Source: Acidobacteria bacterium UBA2990
GTDB lineage: Bacteria; Acidobacteriota; Vicinamibacteria; Vicinamibacterales; UBA8438
Reading direction: 5' to 3'
Assembly: GCA_002347025.1 (NCBI GenBank)
Contig: DEAE01000016.1
Coordinates: forward strand, 6,877-70,876
Length of the DNA: 64,000 nt
Of this stretch, positions 9,271-19,249 are shown piece after piece. How positions within the stretch are numbered: the stretch's first letter is position 1; the number at the start of each line of letters is the position of its first letter. The translations under genes were made by a program, and so were the position numbers. The notes under the pieces were generated by a model, which was not told the DNA's origin, did not search any database, and saw only the letters and a program-made list of their open reading frames with translations.

Positions 9271-10881
9271 TCAGTGCCGGAAATGCCGTGTTCCAGTGAA
9301 CACCATAGCGAGGCCGTGCTCCTCAGCAGCAGCAATTACCTCTTCATCTCGAACAGAACCACCTGGCTGTACAACAGCAGTTGCCCCAGTTGCTGCAATT
9401 GCGTCGAGCCCATCTCGGAACGGGAAAAAAGCATCCGAGGCCGCTACCGTGTCCAATAACGGCTTACCAGCCTTCATTGTCGCCACCTTGACGGCATCTA
9501 CCCTACTCATTTGGCCGGCACCAATGGACACCAGCCGATCAGGCGAAGCAAAGACAACAGCGTTCGACTTAACATGTGCTGCAACACGCCAGGCAAGCCT
9601 TAAAGCGGAGGCCTCTGCCTTAGTAGGCTTGCGGGAAGTCACCACCCTGCAAACAGCCGGTTCCCCCTCTGCTCGATCTCTATCCCATGAGGCACTAGCT
9701 TCGGCCACATGGTCGCTGTCCTGAACCAAGATCGCCCCCATAATCGAACGGATTTCACGGGTCAAACTAAGGTCGCCAGCGGCTGAAGAAAAATCTGCTA
9801 ACACCACTCTGAGATTCTTCTTTGTGGCCAAGATCGCTCTAGCCTCTTCGTCAGCATCAGGTGCAACGACAGCCTCAATGAAGGTAGAAGTGATCGCCGC
9901 TGCAGTTGCCTGATCAATGGGACGGTTTAGACCGACGATACCGCCAAATGCCGACAGTGAATCTACCTCTCTCGCCAAAATATAGGCCGAAGACAGCTTC
10001 TGGGCAATCGCTAGCCCGCAGGGATTCATATGCTTCACAACAACAGCAGTTGGTTCACCGAACTCGAGTGTCAATCGCGCAGCTGCATCTAGATCCAGCA
10101 GGTTGGTGAATGACAGCGGCTTGCCCTGCACCACCCTAGCTCCACCGAAGCCGGCTTTGCCTCCAGCGTAGATCGCTGCGACCTGGTGTGGATTCTCACC
10201 ATAGCGTAGAACTCGCTGTCGGGATAATTCTAAAACCATCTCGTCAGGAAGCAGGGGTTGAGTTCGCGCCGCCAACTTGCGCGTCAAGCAGCCAGCATCC
10301 ACTCCAACCGTCGATAAGACAGAAGCGATAGTTTGGTCGTACGACTGAGTGTGAGCAAATGCTTTCTGGGCTAAAGCTAGTCGGTAAGAGACACCTGGAC
10401 CGTCTGGCTGGCTCAACTCCAATAACGTCTTCTCATAGTCGCTAGGATCTACAACGACAACCACATCGCAGAAATTTTTGGATGCAGCTCGTATCAACGT
10501 AGGCCCTCCGATGTCGATGTCTTCGATCAATGCATCGACGCTAGCTTCTGGATTAGCAGCCGTCTGGGCAAACGGGTATAAATTCACTGCAACCAGATCA
10601 ATTGCCCCTATCCCATGTGCTTGAATGGCCTGGAGGTCCCCAGGCTTATCGCGCCGTGCCAAAATGCCAGCGTGTACTCCTGGGTGCAAAGTCTTAACCC
10701 GGCCGTCCATCATCTCCGGAAACCCTGTCACCTCTGAGACCTGGGCAACTGTGAACCCAGCCTCTACCAAGACTTCTGCAGTCCCGCCTGTCGAAACCAG
10801 CTCGAAACCACAAGCAATTAATCCTCGGGCAAATTCAACAACGCCCGTCTTGTCAGAAACACTGAGCAGCGCTCGTTTCAA
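9271..10881 (-). CDS. purH: bifunctional AICAR transformylase / IMP cyclohydrolase
   Basis: The product is 536 aa. The N-terminus (KRALLSVSDKTG..EFA..L...G.E.VSTGGTA) is the MGS-like domain, and the C-terminus has GGSVRD..VI.AA.EHG.AMVFTG.RHFRH. The start codon is TTG, preceded by GGAG. Confidence 0.95.
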   Translation of the reverse strand: MKRALLSVSDKTGVVEFARGLIACGFELVSTGGTAEVLVEAGFTVAQVSEVTGFPEMMDGRVKTLHPGVHAGILARRDKPGDLQAIQAHGIGAIDLVAVNLYPFAQTAANPEASVDALIEDIDIGGPTLIRAASKNFCDVVVVVDPSDYEKTLLELSQPDGPGVSYRLALAQKAFAHTQSYDQTIASVLSTVGVDAGCLTRKLAARTQPLLPDEMVLELSRQRVLRYGENPHQVAAIYAGGKAGFGGARVVQGKPLSFTNLLDLDAAARLTLEFGEPTAVVVKHMNPCGLAIAQKLSSAYILAREVDSLSAFGGIVGLNRPIDQATAAAITSTFIEAVVAPDADEEARAILATKKNLRVVLADFSSAAGDLSLTREIRSIMGAILVQDSDHVAEASASWDRDRAEGEPAVCRVVTSRKPTKAEASALRLAWRVAAHVKSNAVVFASPDRLVSIGAGQMSRVDAVKVATMKAGKPLLDTVAASDAFFPFRDGLDAIAATGATAVVQPGGSVRDEEVIAAAEEHGLAMVFTGTRHFRH

Positions 10882-11283
10882 CGGCCTATTCTCCTCTCTG
10901 AAACCTGGAAAAACCTCCCCTATTCAGTCAAAACCCTTGCTCAAGGCTACCACCGTGACAGGAATTTTTCGTCACCGCAAAAGCCAAACAACGACTGCAA
11001 AGCTTTCACTGGTGGCTAAAGCACCGCTTCTTGAGCACCGACGGAGAGGACAATCGAACTTTGCGTGTTCTTTCGAAAATCTCCTTGTCAAGAACGTAAC
11101 AGAAACAACATGATGCCAGAGACTGGAAGGTCAAGTGGCTCAATCAGCAAATATTTGCCGATCACCAACGACTATTCTGTACCTGCGTCAGGTCTACCGC
11201 TAAGCTACTCGACGCTTTATTCAACTGAAGCTACAGGCGCACACATTGCACGGCTGTAGGCTATTTGGCTAGGCTGGACAGTA

Positions 11284-11799
11284 TCAGCGAATCAGGAACC
11301 AGAATAACGGCAACCACAGCTCACGCGCATAGGGAACAGCACGATCGTCAATCAACACGTCGCACAGATCAAGTGCTCCTACCAATTCAAAAAGAGCCCT
11401 AAGCTTGAGTGCCTCATGAGGCCTGAAACGGGCTCTGTGTCGTGTGCCTGATCCAGTCCCAGAAACAAAATACTCGGTCGAGTCCTTAGCTAATTCAACA
11501 GCCCGTTCATAGTCATCCCCATCAAATCTAGGGAAGACAACCGTCACAGAAAAGGGTGGCTTCGACGTTTCACCTAACACTATTCTTCGAAGATCTGGGT
11601 TAAGGATCGCTAACTCCTCAGCAGTCGGCTCCTCGGAAACGCCAACATAGGGCCAAAATCGATCAGAGGGCCGATAGGCAGGCTGGTTGGTGCCGCCGTG
11701 TGGGGTATTGCCGGACTGGCTTGAAGCCTTGCTCATTGGTCGAGGAAGATCAGATGATATCCTGAACCCCTTCGTCTCGGCAAGAGACTGACGCACCAT
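11284..11799 (-). CDS. hypothetical protein (171 aa; start may be the internal Met at 11736)
   Basis: This is a long ORF with no competing frame and no motif I recognise. It is divergent from selA, with only 24 bp between the track coordinates. Confidence 0.5.
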   Translation of the reverse strand: MVRQSLAETKGFRISSDLPRPMSKASSQSGNTPHGGTNQPAYRPSDRFWPYVGVSEEPTAEELAILNPDLRRIVLGETSKPPFSVTVVFPRFDGDDYERAVELAKDSTEYFVSGTGSGTRHRARFRPHEALKLRALFELVGALDLCDVLIDDRAVPYARELWLPLFWFLIR

Positions 11800-11823
11800 T
11801 AAGAATTACGTCCTTATTTAGCG

Positions 11824-13206
11824 ATGACCAAACTCAGGCTCCTACCGTCTATCGAGCATCTACGTCAGCGTGATGCCATCCGTAGCCTCACAACAGATTA
11901 CGGACCAAAAGCAACCCTAGCCACCTTGCGCACGGTGGTCGAGAGCCTTCGCCAGGAAATCAGCAATTCAGACCAGCCACAACCCGACGACCGCGAGCAG
12001 GCCGCTATCATCATTGAACAACGTACAGCCTTAAAGCTCGCATCCGCATTCAAGCCATCCCTCACGTCAGTAATCAACGCGACTGGGGTCATTGTCCACA
12101 CAAATCTAGGCCGAGCACCTCTAGCAGCAAACATTGCCCAGCATGTTGCCGGGCTAGCAGGCAACTACACCAACCTTGAATATAGCCTAACCACGGGTCA
12201 ACGCGGCTCTCGGCACATACATTCAGCACACCTGCTGACTCACCTCACTGGCGCACCGGCCGCTTTGGTCGTCAACAACAACGCAGCCGCCGTAATGCTT
12301 ACTCTTGCCGCACTTGCCAAAGGACGAGAGGTTATCGTTTCACGCGGCGAACTCGTAGAAATCGGTGGTGGCTTCAGAATCCCAGACATTATGCGGCAGT
12401 CTGGCACCCAACTTCGCGAGGTCGGCACAACCAACAAAACCCGAGTTGCAGACTTTGCAGCTGCCATAAATGATAGAACGGCCTTGATCCTAGTTGTGCA
12501 CCCATCGAACTTCCGAATAGAAGGATTCACCGAAAAACCCAACCTCACCGACCTAGTTACCCTTGGCAAACGTTTCAATATTCCCATCGTAGAGGACCTA
12601 GGCAGCGGAAACCTACTACCTCTCTCCAAAGAAACAATCGATGATCCGTCGGTAAGAACCAGTATCTCGGCCGGTGTCTCTGTGTGTTGCTTTAGTGGCG
12701 ACAAGCTTTTGGGTGGACCTCAGGCTGGCATCATCATTGGGCACGAAGATCTACTCAAACAACTGAGCAGACACCCTCTGATGCGCGTTCTTCGAGTCGA
12801 TAAATTGACCCTTTCGGCCCTCGAAGCCACGCTACTTGAGTATGCTAGTGGCCGAGCATCTGCAACCGTTCCTGTGGTCAGAATGATCCAAACAACGGTG
12901 GAAGAGATCGAAGTCAGAGCCACCGCCCTGGCTGGTAGTCTACTGGAAAACCAATACCTTAAAGTCGATACAATCACAGGCACCTCCACTGTCGGCGGCG
13001 GCAGCGCACCAGGCTCGTCGCTACCGACCAGACTCGTGCGCCTGAGGCCGCGACAAGGTTCAGTCACCAAGCTCGAAGCGAGGCTCCGGTCTCTCCAGCC
13101 ACCGATCGTCTCCCGAATAGAGAATGATGGAGTCTTACTCGACCTCAGGACAGTCATGCCTGAGCATGACAAGCAACTCACTACGCTACTGTCAGACCTA
13201 GACTGA
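11824..13206 (+). CDS. selA: L-seryl-tRNA(Sec) selenium transferase
   Basis: The product is 460 aa and shows INATGV.VHTNLGRAPL and the PLP-lysine region FSGDKLLGGPQAGII, both hallmarks of SelA. Confidence 0.9.
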   Translation: MTKLRLLPSIEHLRQRDAIRSLTTDYGPKATLATLRTVVESLRQEISNSDQPQPDDREQAAIIIEQRTALKLASAFKPSLTSVINATGVIVHTNLGRAPLAANIAQHVAGLAGNYTNLEYSLTTGQRGSRHIHSAHLLTHLTGAPAALVVNNNAAAVMLTLAALAKGREVIVSRGELVEIGGGFRIPDIMRQSGTQLREVGTTNKTRVADFAAAINDRTALILVVHPSNFRIEGFTEKPNLTDLVTLGKRFNIPIVEDLGSGNLLPLSKETIDDPSVRTSISAGVSVCCFSGDKLLGGPQAGIIIGHEDLLKQLSRHPLMRVLRVDKLTLSALEATLLEYASGRASATVPVVRMIQTTVEEIEVRATALAGSLLENQYLKVDTITGTSTVGGGSAPGSSLPTRLVRLRPRQGSVTKLEARLRSLQPPIVSRIENDGVLLDLRTVMPEHDKQLTTLLSDLD

Positions 13207-13444
13207 CGAGTTAACAGTCCAGAACTCTCGAGCTGAGTTCAGTAGCACCTTCTTTTATTTACCTGTAACTCCCGACCGATTACCGGATTCGGGTTGCAAC
13301 ATGCTGAAACAGCCAGCATCAGGTTCCCTCCGTTGGCAAACACGGGCGGCCACCTCAAGCTAGTTCCCCGCAAAATAACCCTTGCTGCTCGAAGTTACCC
13401 AAGTCAACTTGTGCCTGCTGAATGGACTAGAAAAGCAAGCGCGC

Positions 13445-13636
13445 TCAATCATTGGAAACTGGAGATGGTTTCTTACGTCGAGGACAGGCGACGCAAGTCA
13501 AAGGCTCACCAGCTGGACCAGCAAGCTCTGGCCCTCCACAGGAACCCCGGAGACAACGACCGTTGAGCATTAGGCCAACGGCCATAAAAGCTACCAAAAG
13601 TAGCATCACACCGAGAGTAAGTAAGAACAGAACCAT
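13445..13636 (-). CDS. nqrM: (Na+)-NQR maturation factor NqrM (DUF539-type)
   Basis: The 63-aa product has one N-terminal TM helix (VLFLLTLGVMLLLVAFMAVGL), then ..L.GSCGG... and a C-terminal C..C (four Cys in total). It lies immediately downstream of apbE, at the end of the nqr operon. Confidence 0.8.
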   Translation of the reverse strand: MVLFLLTLGVMLLLVAFMAVGLMLNGRCLRGSCGGPELAGPAGEPLTCVACPRRKKPSPVSND

Positions 13637-13689
13637 GACAGCGCTATCCTAGCCTGAGGTCCACTGACTAGACAGCTGGCGCTGCCCAG

Positions 13690-14742
13690 TCAGTGGACCT
13701 CTGCAACGAGTTCCTCAAAGGCAGGGGTCGCGTGGGCGGTGAAGGCATCAACACCGTCACGGACGAGGAACAGAGCTGCCCACCCCATTTTCAAAGCCAA
13801 AGCATATCCATCATCAGGACCGAGCACCTCCAGAGCCGTGGCCATCCCGTCAGCGAGCAAGCAGTGGTCAGCTATAACGCTGACCGAACCAAGCCTATGC
13901 TCAACCGGACGTGCGCTACGTGGATCGATGGTATGCGAAAAGACCAGACCGTTCACCTCCCGCGTGTTGTGATAGTCGCCAGATGTGGCCATCGCTAGAT
14001 CTTGGAGTGGCACGACTCTATGAATCCCACCTGCAGCAGTTGGCCGCTGGATCCCTATTCGCCATGGAAGATCATCCTGGTTCAGACCAGCGGTCATAAT
14101 TTCACCACCAACCTCAATCATAAAGCGCGCCAACCCGTCCTCCCGTAAAGTTGTCGCGAGTCGGTCCACTCCATAACCCTTGGCAACCGCCGAAAGGTCA
14201 CACTCGATGGCTGGATCTGTTTTACGAACTGACAATGCCACAGGGTCTAACTCAAGCTTGGCATAGCCAACCTGGTCACGCAAACGAGCCAACTCTTCTG
14301 CATTAGGAGGCAACTGAGTCGGTTCGACCGGGCCAAAGCCCCAAGCATTAACCAACGGAGCAACAGTGACATCAAGAGCCCCCCCTGACACCTCGCTCAA
14401 TTCCTGGGCGAAACTCAAGACCGCGAAGGTCTCTGGTGAAACTTCGAACCACTCTGTCCGCCTTAGTCGATTAAACTTGGACAACTCTGACGCCAGGTCA
14501 TAGTGAGACATCTTCGATTCAACCGTGTCAAGGGTCGCTTGAATCCGGTCAGCTAAACGGTCCCTCTCGGCCTGCTTCCAAATGCCCATCGCCACCACGC
14601 GCACCATATAGGTTGTTCCCATCGTTGCGCCGTCAAATACATAGACTGTCGGTTTGTGGACACTAGGTGAACACGCAAGAGCCAAGCTGAGAACCAGCAG
14701 CGCACTTGCAGACCTAAAAAACGTTGAAGCGCGTAACCCCAT
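13690..14742 (-). CDS. apbE: FAD:protein FMN transferase (flavin transferase ApbE), lipoprotein-like N-terminus
   Basis: MGT.Y.V, AxGYxVD (AVAKGYGVD), SGDY and the C-terminal ADG.ATA motifs are present. It lies directly after nqrF. Confidence 0.9.
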   Translation of the reverse strand: MGLRASTFFRSASALLVLSLALACSPSVHKPTVYVFDGATMGTTYMVRVVAMGIWKQAERDRLADRIQATLDTVESKMSHYDLASELSKFNRLRRTEWFEVSPETFAVLSFAQELSEVSGGALDVTVAPLVNAWGFGPVEPTQLPPNAEELARLRDQVGYAKLELDPVALSVRKTDPAIECDLSAVAKGYGVDRLATTLREDGLARFMIEVGGEIMTAGLNQDDLPWRIGIQRPTAAGGIHRVVPLQDLAMATSGDYHNTREVNGLVFSHTIDPRSARPVEHRLGSVSVIADHCLLADGMATALEVLGPDDGYALALKMGWAALFLVRDGVDAFTAHATPAFEELVAEVH

Positions 14743-14750
14743 GCAATAGC

Positions 14751-15980
14751 CTACGAACCAAAATCGTCATAGAGGATGTTCTCGCGTTCAACGCCCAGTG
14801 TGTCAAGCATATCCATGCACGCCTTGAGCATCATTGGTGGGCCACAGAGGTAATACTCTATGTCCTCCGGTGCGGGGTGGTCCTTGAGGTAGTTCTCGAG
14901 CACAACCTGGTGGATAAATCCTGTGTGGCCGGTCCAGTGGTCTTCTGGCAGCGGCTCGGATAGTGCCAGATGCCAATTAAAGTTCTCGTACCTTCTGGCA
15001 ATGGCGTCAAAATCATCGCAATAAAACGCTTCGCGCAGACTACGTGCACCATACCAGTAAGAAACCTTTCTGGATGTGCGTAGACGTTGGAATTGGTCGA
15101 AGATATGTGACCGCATTGGTGCCATGCCAGCTCCGCCACCTACAAAGACCATCTCAGCCTGACTTTCCTTAGCGAAAAACTCACCAAATGGTCCCGAGAT
15201 CGTAACTTCGTCTCCGGGTTGCAAACCGAAAATATAGGAACTCATCTTACCTGGCGGGGTGCCTTCTGGCGCACGGGGAGGCGGTGAGGCAACCCGCACG
15301 TTCAGCATTATGACACCACGCTCTTCAGGATAGTTCGCCATCGAATAGGCCCTTGTGACTGGTTCATCCACCGTCGATGTGTATCGCCACAGATCAAATT
15401 TGTCCCAGTCAGGACGGTACTCCTCATCGATTTGAAAGTCAGAGTATTTGACCGAGCCTTCGGGGGCTTCAACCTGGATGTATCCTCCCGCGCGAAACGG
15501 CACGGACTCACCCTGAGGTAGTTCCAAAACGAGCTCCTTGATGAACGTCGCAACGTTGTTGTTCGAGCGGACCTTGCAACGCCACTTTTGGACGCTGAAG
15601 ACTTCTGGAGGCAATGTAACCACCATATCTTGTTTGACCTTCACCTGACAGGAAAGCCTCGAGCCGCAGCGAGCCTCACCGCGTGAGATATGGCTCAGCT
15701 CAGTTGGTAATATTGCCCCCCCTCCTTGCTGAACTTTGACTACACAGACACCACAACTGCCCTTGCCTCCACAAGCCGACGGTATGAAAATTCGGTTGGC
15801 TGCAAGAGTTTCAAGCAAGGTTCCACCAGCGTTTGCACGAAATGCCTTATCGAGATCGTCATTTACCGTAATCGTCACATCGCCAGTAGAAACCAACTGC
15901 TGCCTTGCAAGCATTAACAGGCCCACGAGTGACACAATTGTCAGCGTAAACATTCCGACCCCGAGTAGCACAGTGGTCAC
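14751..15980 (-). CDS. nqrF: Na+-translocating NADH:quinone reductase subunit F
   Basis: It has a TM helix, a 2Fe-2S ferredoxin motif (CGG.GSCG.C) and FAD/NADH-binding motifs (RAYSMAN; GGGAGMAPM). The track ORF (488 aa, to 16217) over-extends. A GTG at 15980 overlaps the nqrE stop (GTGA) and gives a 409-aa protein. Confidence 0.92.
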   Translation of the reverse strand: MTTVLLGVGMFTLTIVSLVGLLMLARQQLVSTGDVTITVNDDLDKAFRANAGGTLLETLAANRIFIPSACGGKGSCGVCVVKVQQGGGAILPTELSHISRGEARCGSRLSCQVKVKQDMVVTLPPEVFSVQKWRCKVRSNNNVATFIKELVLELPQGESVPFRAGGYIQVEAPEGSVKYSDFQIDEEYRPDWDKFDLWRYTSTVDEPVTRAYSMANYPEERGVIMLNVRVASPPPRAPEGTPPGKMSSYIFGLQPGDEVTISGPFGEFFAKESQAEMVFVGGGAGMAPMRSHIFDQFQRLRTSRKVSYWYGARSLREAFYCDDFDAIARRYENFNWHLALSEPLPEDHWTGHTGFIHQVVLENYLKDHPAPEDIEYYLCGPPMMLKACMDMLDTLGVERENILYDDFGS

Positions 15981-16591
15981 AACTGCACTCCCGCAAAAGC
16001 CATAAACCCAATGGCCATCAAACCAACCAGAATGAAAGTTAATCCCAACCCTCGCAGACCAGCAGGTGGATTGCTGTAGCGCAAACGTTCGCGAATGCCA
16101 GCCAAAGCAACTATTGCTAGTGCCCACCCAAGACCAGATCCAAAACCGAAGACAGCACTTTCCCCAAGGCCGTAGTTGCGCTCCATCATCCAAAGAGAAG
16201 CTCCAAGAATTGCGCAATTGACCGCAATCAATGGGAGAAAAATACCAAGCGCTGTGTAAAGTCTTGGCATAAAACGGTCTAGGGTCATTTCGACGATCTG
16301 GGTCATCGCTGCAATAGTGCCGATAAAAGTCAGGAATGCAAGAAACGACAGATCATAAGTGGCCAGTGCTGGGGATATCCAAACCAAGGCTCCTGGCTTC
16401 AGAGCATAGGTATAGACCAGGTTGTTAAGGGGCACTGTCACGGTGAGCACAAACACGACAGCGCCACCAAGTCCGAGTGCTGTGGAAACCTGCTTCGAAA
16501 CCGCAAGGAACGAACACATACCCAGAAAAAACGCAAGGGCCATGTTTTCCACAAATATCGATTTGACTACTAGGTTCAGGTAGTGCTCCAT
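15977..16591 (-). CDS. nqrE: Na+-NQR subunit E
   Basis: A 204-aa polytopic membrane protein starting MEHYLNL..K.IF.ENMAL.FFLGMC.FLA.S, typical of the NqrE/RnfA family. Confidence 0.92.
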   Translation of the reverse strand: MEHYLNLVVKSIFVENMALAFFLGMCSFLAVSKQVSTALGLGGAVVFVLTVTVPLNNLVYTYALKPGALVWISPALATYDLSFLAFLTFIGTIAAMTQIVEMTLDRFMPRLYTALGIFLPLIAVNCAILGASLWMMERNYGLGESAVFGFGSGLGWALAIVALAGIRERLRYSNPPAGLRGLGLTFILVGLMAIGFMAFAGVQL

Positions 16592-17211
16592 CAGTCTTGC
16601 TCAACCTGCTCTGGCTTCCACACACGAAGGACCCAGATAAAGAATCCAATGATAAAGAATGCACCGGGCGATAGAACCATCAGCCCGTTCGGGGTGTACC
16701 ATCCACCTTCACTAACCAACGGAAAAATCTGAACACCTAGCAAAGACCCAGCCCCGAACAACTCCCGCAGGACGGCAGTCCCGGCAAGAATGATGGCGTA
16801 ACCCAGGCCGTTTCCCACCCCATCGATCAAACTCATTTTCGGGGGGTTTTGCATGGCATAGGCCTCAGCGCGTCCCATAATGATGCAATTGGTGATGATC
16901 AACCCTACGAATACAGACAACTGTTTAGAGATCTCGAACAAATAAGCTTTGAGCACCTGGTCGACAACTATCACAAGCGACGCAATGATGGTTAACTGCA
17001 CGATAATCCTGATATTTGTAGGTATCAAATGTCGCAATAAGCTCACAAACAGGTTCGAAAACAACAGCACAAAGACTACAGCACCGCTCATGACTAGAGC
17101 CGAATCGAGCTTAGTGGTAACCGCAAGGGCCGAACAGATACCAAGGACCTGTAGAGCAATTGGGTTGTTGTTGAACAGGGGGTCGATTAGTGCATCACGC
17201 GACTTAGACAT
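16591..17211 (-). CDS. nqrD: Na+-NQR subunit D
   Basis: A 206-aa membrane protein with L..P...NNP...Q.LG.CSALAVT, typical of the NqrD/RnfE family. It overlaps both neighbours by 1 nt. Confidence 0.92.
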   Translation of the reverse strand: MSKSRDALIDPLFNNNPIALQVLGICSALAVTTKLDSALVMSGAVVFVLLFSNLFVSLLRHLIPTNIRIIVQLTIIASLVIVVDQVLKAYLFEISKQLSVFVGLIITNCIIMGRAEAYAMQNPPKMSLIDGVGNGLGYAIILAGTAVLRELFGAGSLLGVQIFPLVSEGGWYTPNGLMVLSPGAFFIIGFFIWVLRVWKPEQVEQD

Positions 17212-17999
17212 TAGCCTACACCCATCGCCATGCTCTGGCGCAAGCGCATCAAGTAGGGCTCGAATCCATCAAACCCAAGCCAGAATTGCAGCAAATTTGT
17301 AACACCACGGCTAGTAATCGTGGCACCAGACAACCCGTCAACAGCATATGGATCATCGGTAAGCGAGCCAGCCACCCCTTTAACAACCCTGACCACCGGA
17401 ACTAACTCATCGTTGAACGCAAGACGGCCAGGCCACAAAGCTTTCCAGCGTGGATTATCCACCTCTCCTCCCAGTCCAGGGGTCTCCTTATGCTCGTAGA
17501 ACGTCAAACCCCGTATGGTTCGCAAGTCACCGTCTAGCGCAACGAAGCCGTAAAGGGTTCCCCAGAGGCCAAGCCCTTCAATAGGCAGGACAACCAACTC
17601 AAGCTCTCCACCGTCACCTCGAACCTCATAAACAAGCGCTAACTCTGGCAACCGAGCCACTCCCGCCATATTGTCTGGAGCAACGCGGCTTCGGGCTTGA
17701 TCATTTGTAGCTAAGCGCTGATCGAAATCTTCCGGATCAAGGCCAACAACAACCTCACCGGTTCCCAAATCCAGTATGACTGGTTGGATAGGCGCAAACC
17801 GTAACTCGATCTCATCGGGCGTTAGCCGCTCCTCCTCATTGACAAGTCCAGCAACCAATAACACGTTGCGCTGCTTGTCGAGGAAAGCGTTGCGAGCCTG
17901 TAGGTCAGCCAAGACCACGTTAGACGACGACACCACCACAGCGCAGGCGAGGCAGACGCAGCCTGCAAAGACGAGGTTATAACCCACGCTACCTTGCAC
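17211..17999 (-). CDS. nqrC: Na+-NQR subunit C (FMN-binding)
   Basis: It has an N-terminal TM helix, DKQ..VL.VAGL, and the covalent-FMN site ..[11 protein letters not shown]. The likely start is the GTG at 17999, with GGAGG 6 nt upstream. The track start at 18041 overlaps nqrB by 53 nt. Confidence 0.88.
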   Translation of the reverse strand: MQGSVGYNLVFAGCVCLACAVVVSSSNVVLADLQARNAFLDKQRNVLLVAGLVNEEERLTPDEIELRFAPIQPVILDLGTGEVVVGLDPEDFDQRLATNDQARSRVAPDNMAGVARLPELALVYEVRGDGGELELVVLPIEGLGLWGTLYGFVALDGDLRTIRGLTFYEHKETPGLGGEVDNPRWKALWPGRLAFNDELVPVVRVVKGVAGSLTDDPYAVDGLSGATITSRGVTNLLQFWLGFDGFEPYLMRLRQSMAMGVG

Positions 18000-19209
18000 G
18001 ACGAGCCTCCATTCGCCTTCGGTTGGCTCGCACAAAGACATAGTCGATCACTGGTGCAAACAGGTTCATGAATAGGATTGCCAGCATCATCCCTTCCGGA
18101 TACGCCGGGTTGACAATGCGGATTAGCACCACAAGAAAGCCAATAAGAAAGCCATAGGCATAATGCCCCGACCGTGTGGACGGACCAGATACCGGTTCGG
18201 TAGCCATGAAAACCGTGCCAAAAGCCCAGCCACCTAGCAAGAAATGCCAAAGGGGAGTCACTTCGAAGGCAGGATTGGTGTTTGAACCAACCGCATTAAT
18301 AGCCCATGCTGTCACCACCGTACCGATCGCGACGCTCACCATGATGCGCCACGAAGCAACACCTGTTGCGATCAGTACCACAGCTCCAGCTACACAAGCC
18401 AAAACCGAAGTCTCACCCATAGAACCAGGTATCAGCCCGATAAAGGCTTGCCAGGAATTAGCTATTTCTGCCACCCCCTCAACACCTGCTTCCGCTGCCC
18501 TGGCCAGAGCAGTAGCTCCACTGACCCCATCGGGAGCAGTCTCCGCAGCAACCCAAACAGAATCGCCAGACAGATTAGCCGGGTAGGCAAAGAAAAGAAA
18601 TGCTCGCCCAGTCAACGCTGGGTTCAGAACGTTCATGCCGGTTCCACCAAAAATTTCTTTACCAACAACCACGCCAAAGCTAACACCTAGCGCCACCTGC
18701 CAGAGGGGAACCGTGGCAGGCATCGTCAATGGGAAAAGCATCCCAGTCACTAAGAACCCTTCGTTGATCTCATGGCCGCGCACCACAGCAAAAACTGCCT
18801 CCCAAAGCCCGCCAACGATAAAAGTCACAAGCAACACGGGCAAGAAATACAGGGCCCCATGCACGAGACATGCCAAACTGTCACCAGGGGCAAACGCAAG
18901 TCCGAGAGCCTGCATGGCACTGGTCTGCCAGATTTCCAGTGGCTCTGCACCGGCCGCAATCGCCAAATTAGCCTGGTACCCGGTATTGTAGAGCGCCATA
19001 TAGACGCAACCAGAAAGTGCTATGACGACCGTCATCATCAAGCGCTTCATATCGAGCGCGTCGCGAACATGCGGCGCGACACGAGTTACCTCGCCAGGCG
19101 TATAGAGAAAAGTGTCCGGCGCTTCCCAAAGGGGATGGAGCCTCTCAAAACGGCCGCCGCCCTCAAAATGCCGGGCCTGCCGATCGAGCATTACACGCAA
19201 CCACTTCAT
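17989..19209 (-). CDS. nqrB: Na+-NQR subunit B
   Basis: A 406-aa polytopic protein. The FMN attachment region (DGVSGATAL) and the NqrB/RnfD-type sequence are present throughout. Confidence 0.92.
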   Translation of the reverse strand: MKWLRVMLDRQARHFEGGGRFERLHPLWEAPDTFLYTPGEVTRVAPHVRDALDMKRLMMTVVIALSGCVYMALYNTGYQANLAIAAGAEPLEIWQTSAMQALGLAFAPGDSLACLVHGALYFLPVLLVTFIVGGLWEAVFAVVRGHEINEGFLVTGMLFPLTMPATVPLWQVALGVSFGVVVGKEIFGGTGMNVLNPALTGRAFLFFAYPANLSGDSVWVAAETAPDGVSGATALARAAEAGVEGVAEIANSWQAFIGLIPGSMGETSVLACVAGAVVLIATGVASWRIMVSVAIGTVVTAWAINAVGSNTNPAFEVTPLWHFLLGGWAFGTVFMATEPVSGPSTRSGHYAYGFLIGFLVVLIRIVNPAYPEGMMLAILFMNLFAPVIDYVFVRANRRRMEARRAR

Positions 19210-19249
19210 CTATTTCTTGGCCTCCCAGCTCAAACCAGCCAAACCCGAG

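Noticed and set aside
10882-11283. Possible ZTP (pfl) riboswitch or other RNA in the 400-bp gene-free region upstream of purH
   Set aside because: purH is a classic ZTP-riboswitch target, but the minus-strand leader lacks the GGGUCGUGACUGGCG and CCGCCUGGGCA elements. Only a 5-bp GTGAC/GTCAC hairpin is visible, and no tRNA-like T-arm was found either.
13207-13444. tRNA-Sec (selC) next to selA
   Set aside because: I scanned the flanks of selA and other intergenic regions for a UCA anticodon loop (CTTCAAA) with a flanking stem and a GGTTCGA-type T-arm, and found none. The one 'cttcaaa' at about 3906 has no complementary stem.
14751-16217. The 488-aa 'NqrF' ORF, the 345-aa 'IspE' ORF (3920..4957) and the 905-aa, 288-aa and 276-aa track ORFs with long N-terminal extensions
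   Set aside because: The extensions overlap upstream genes and have no homology-like features. Internal starts that create GTGA or ATGA junctions, or that have a good Shine-Dalgarno, give canonical protein lengths.
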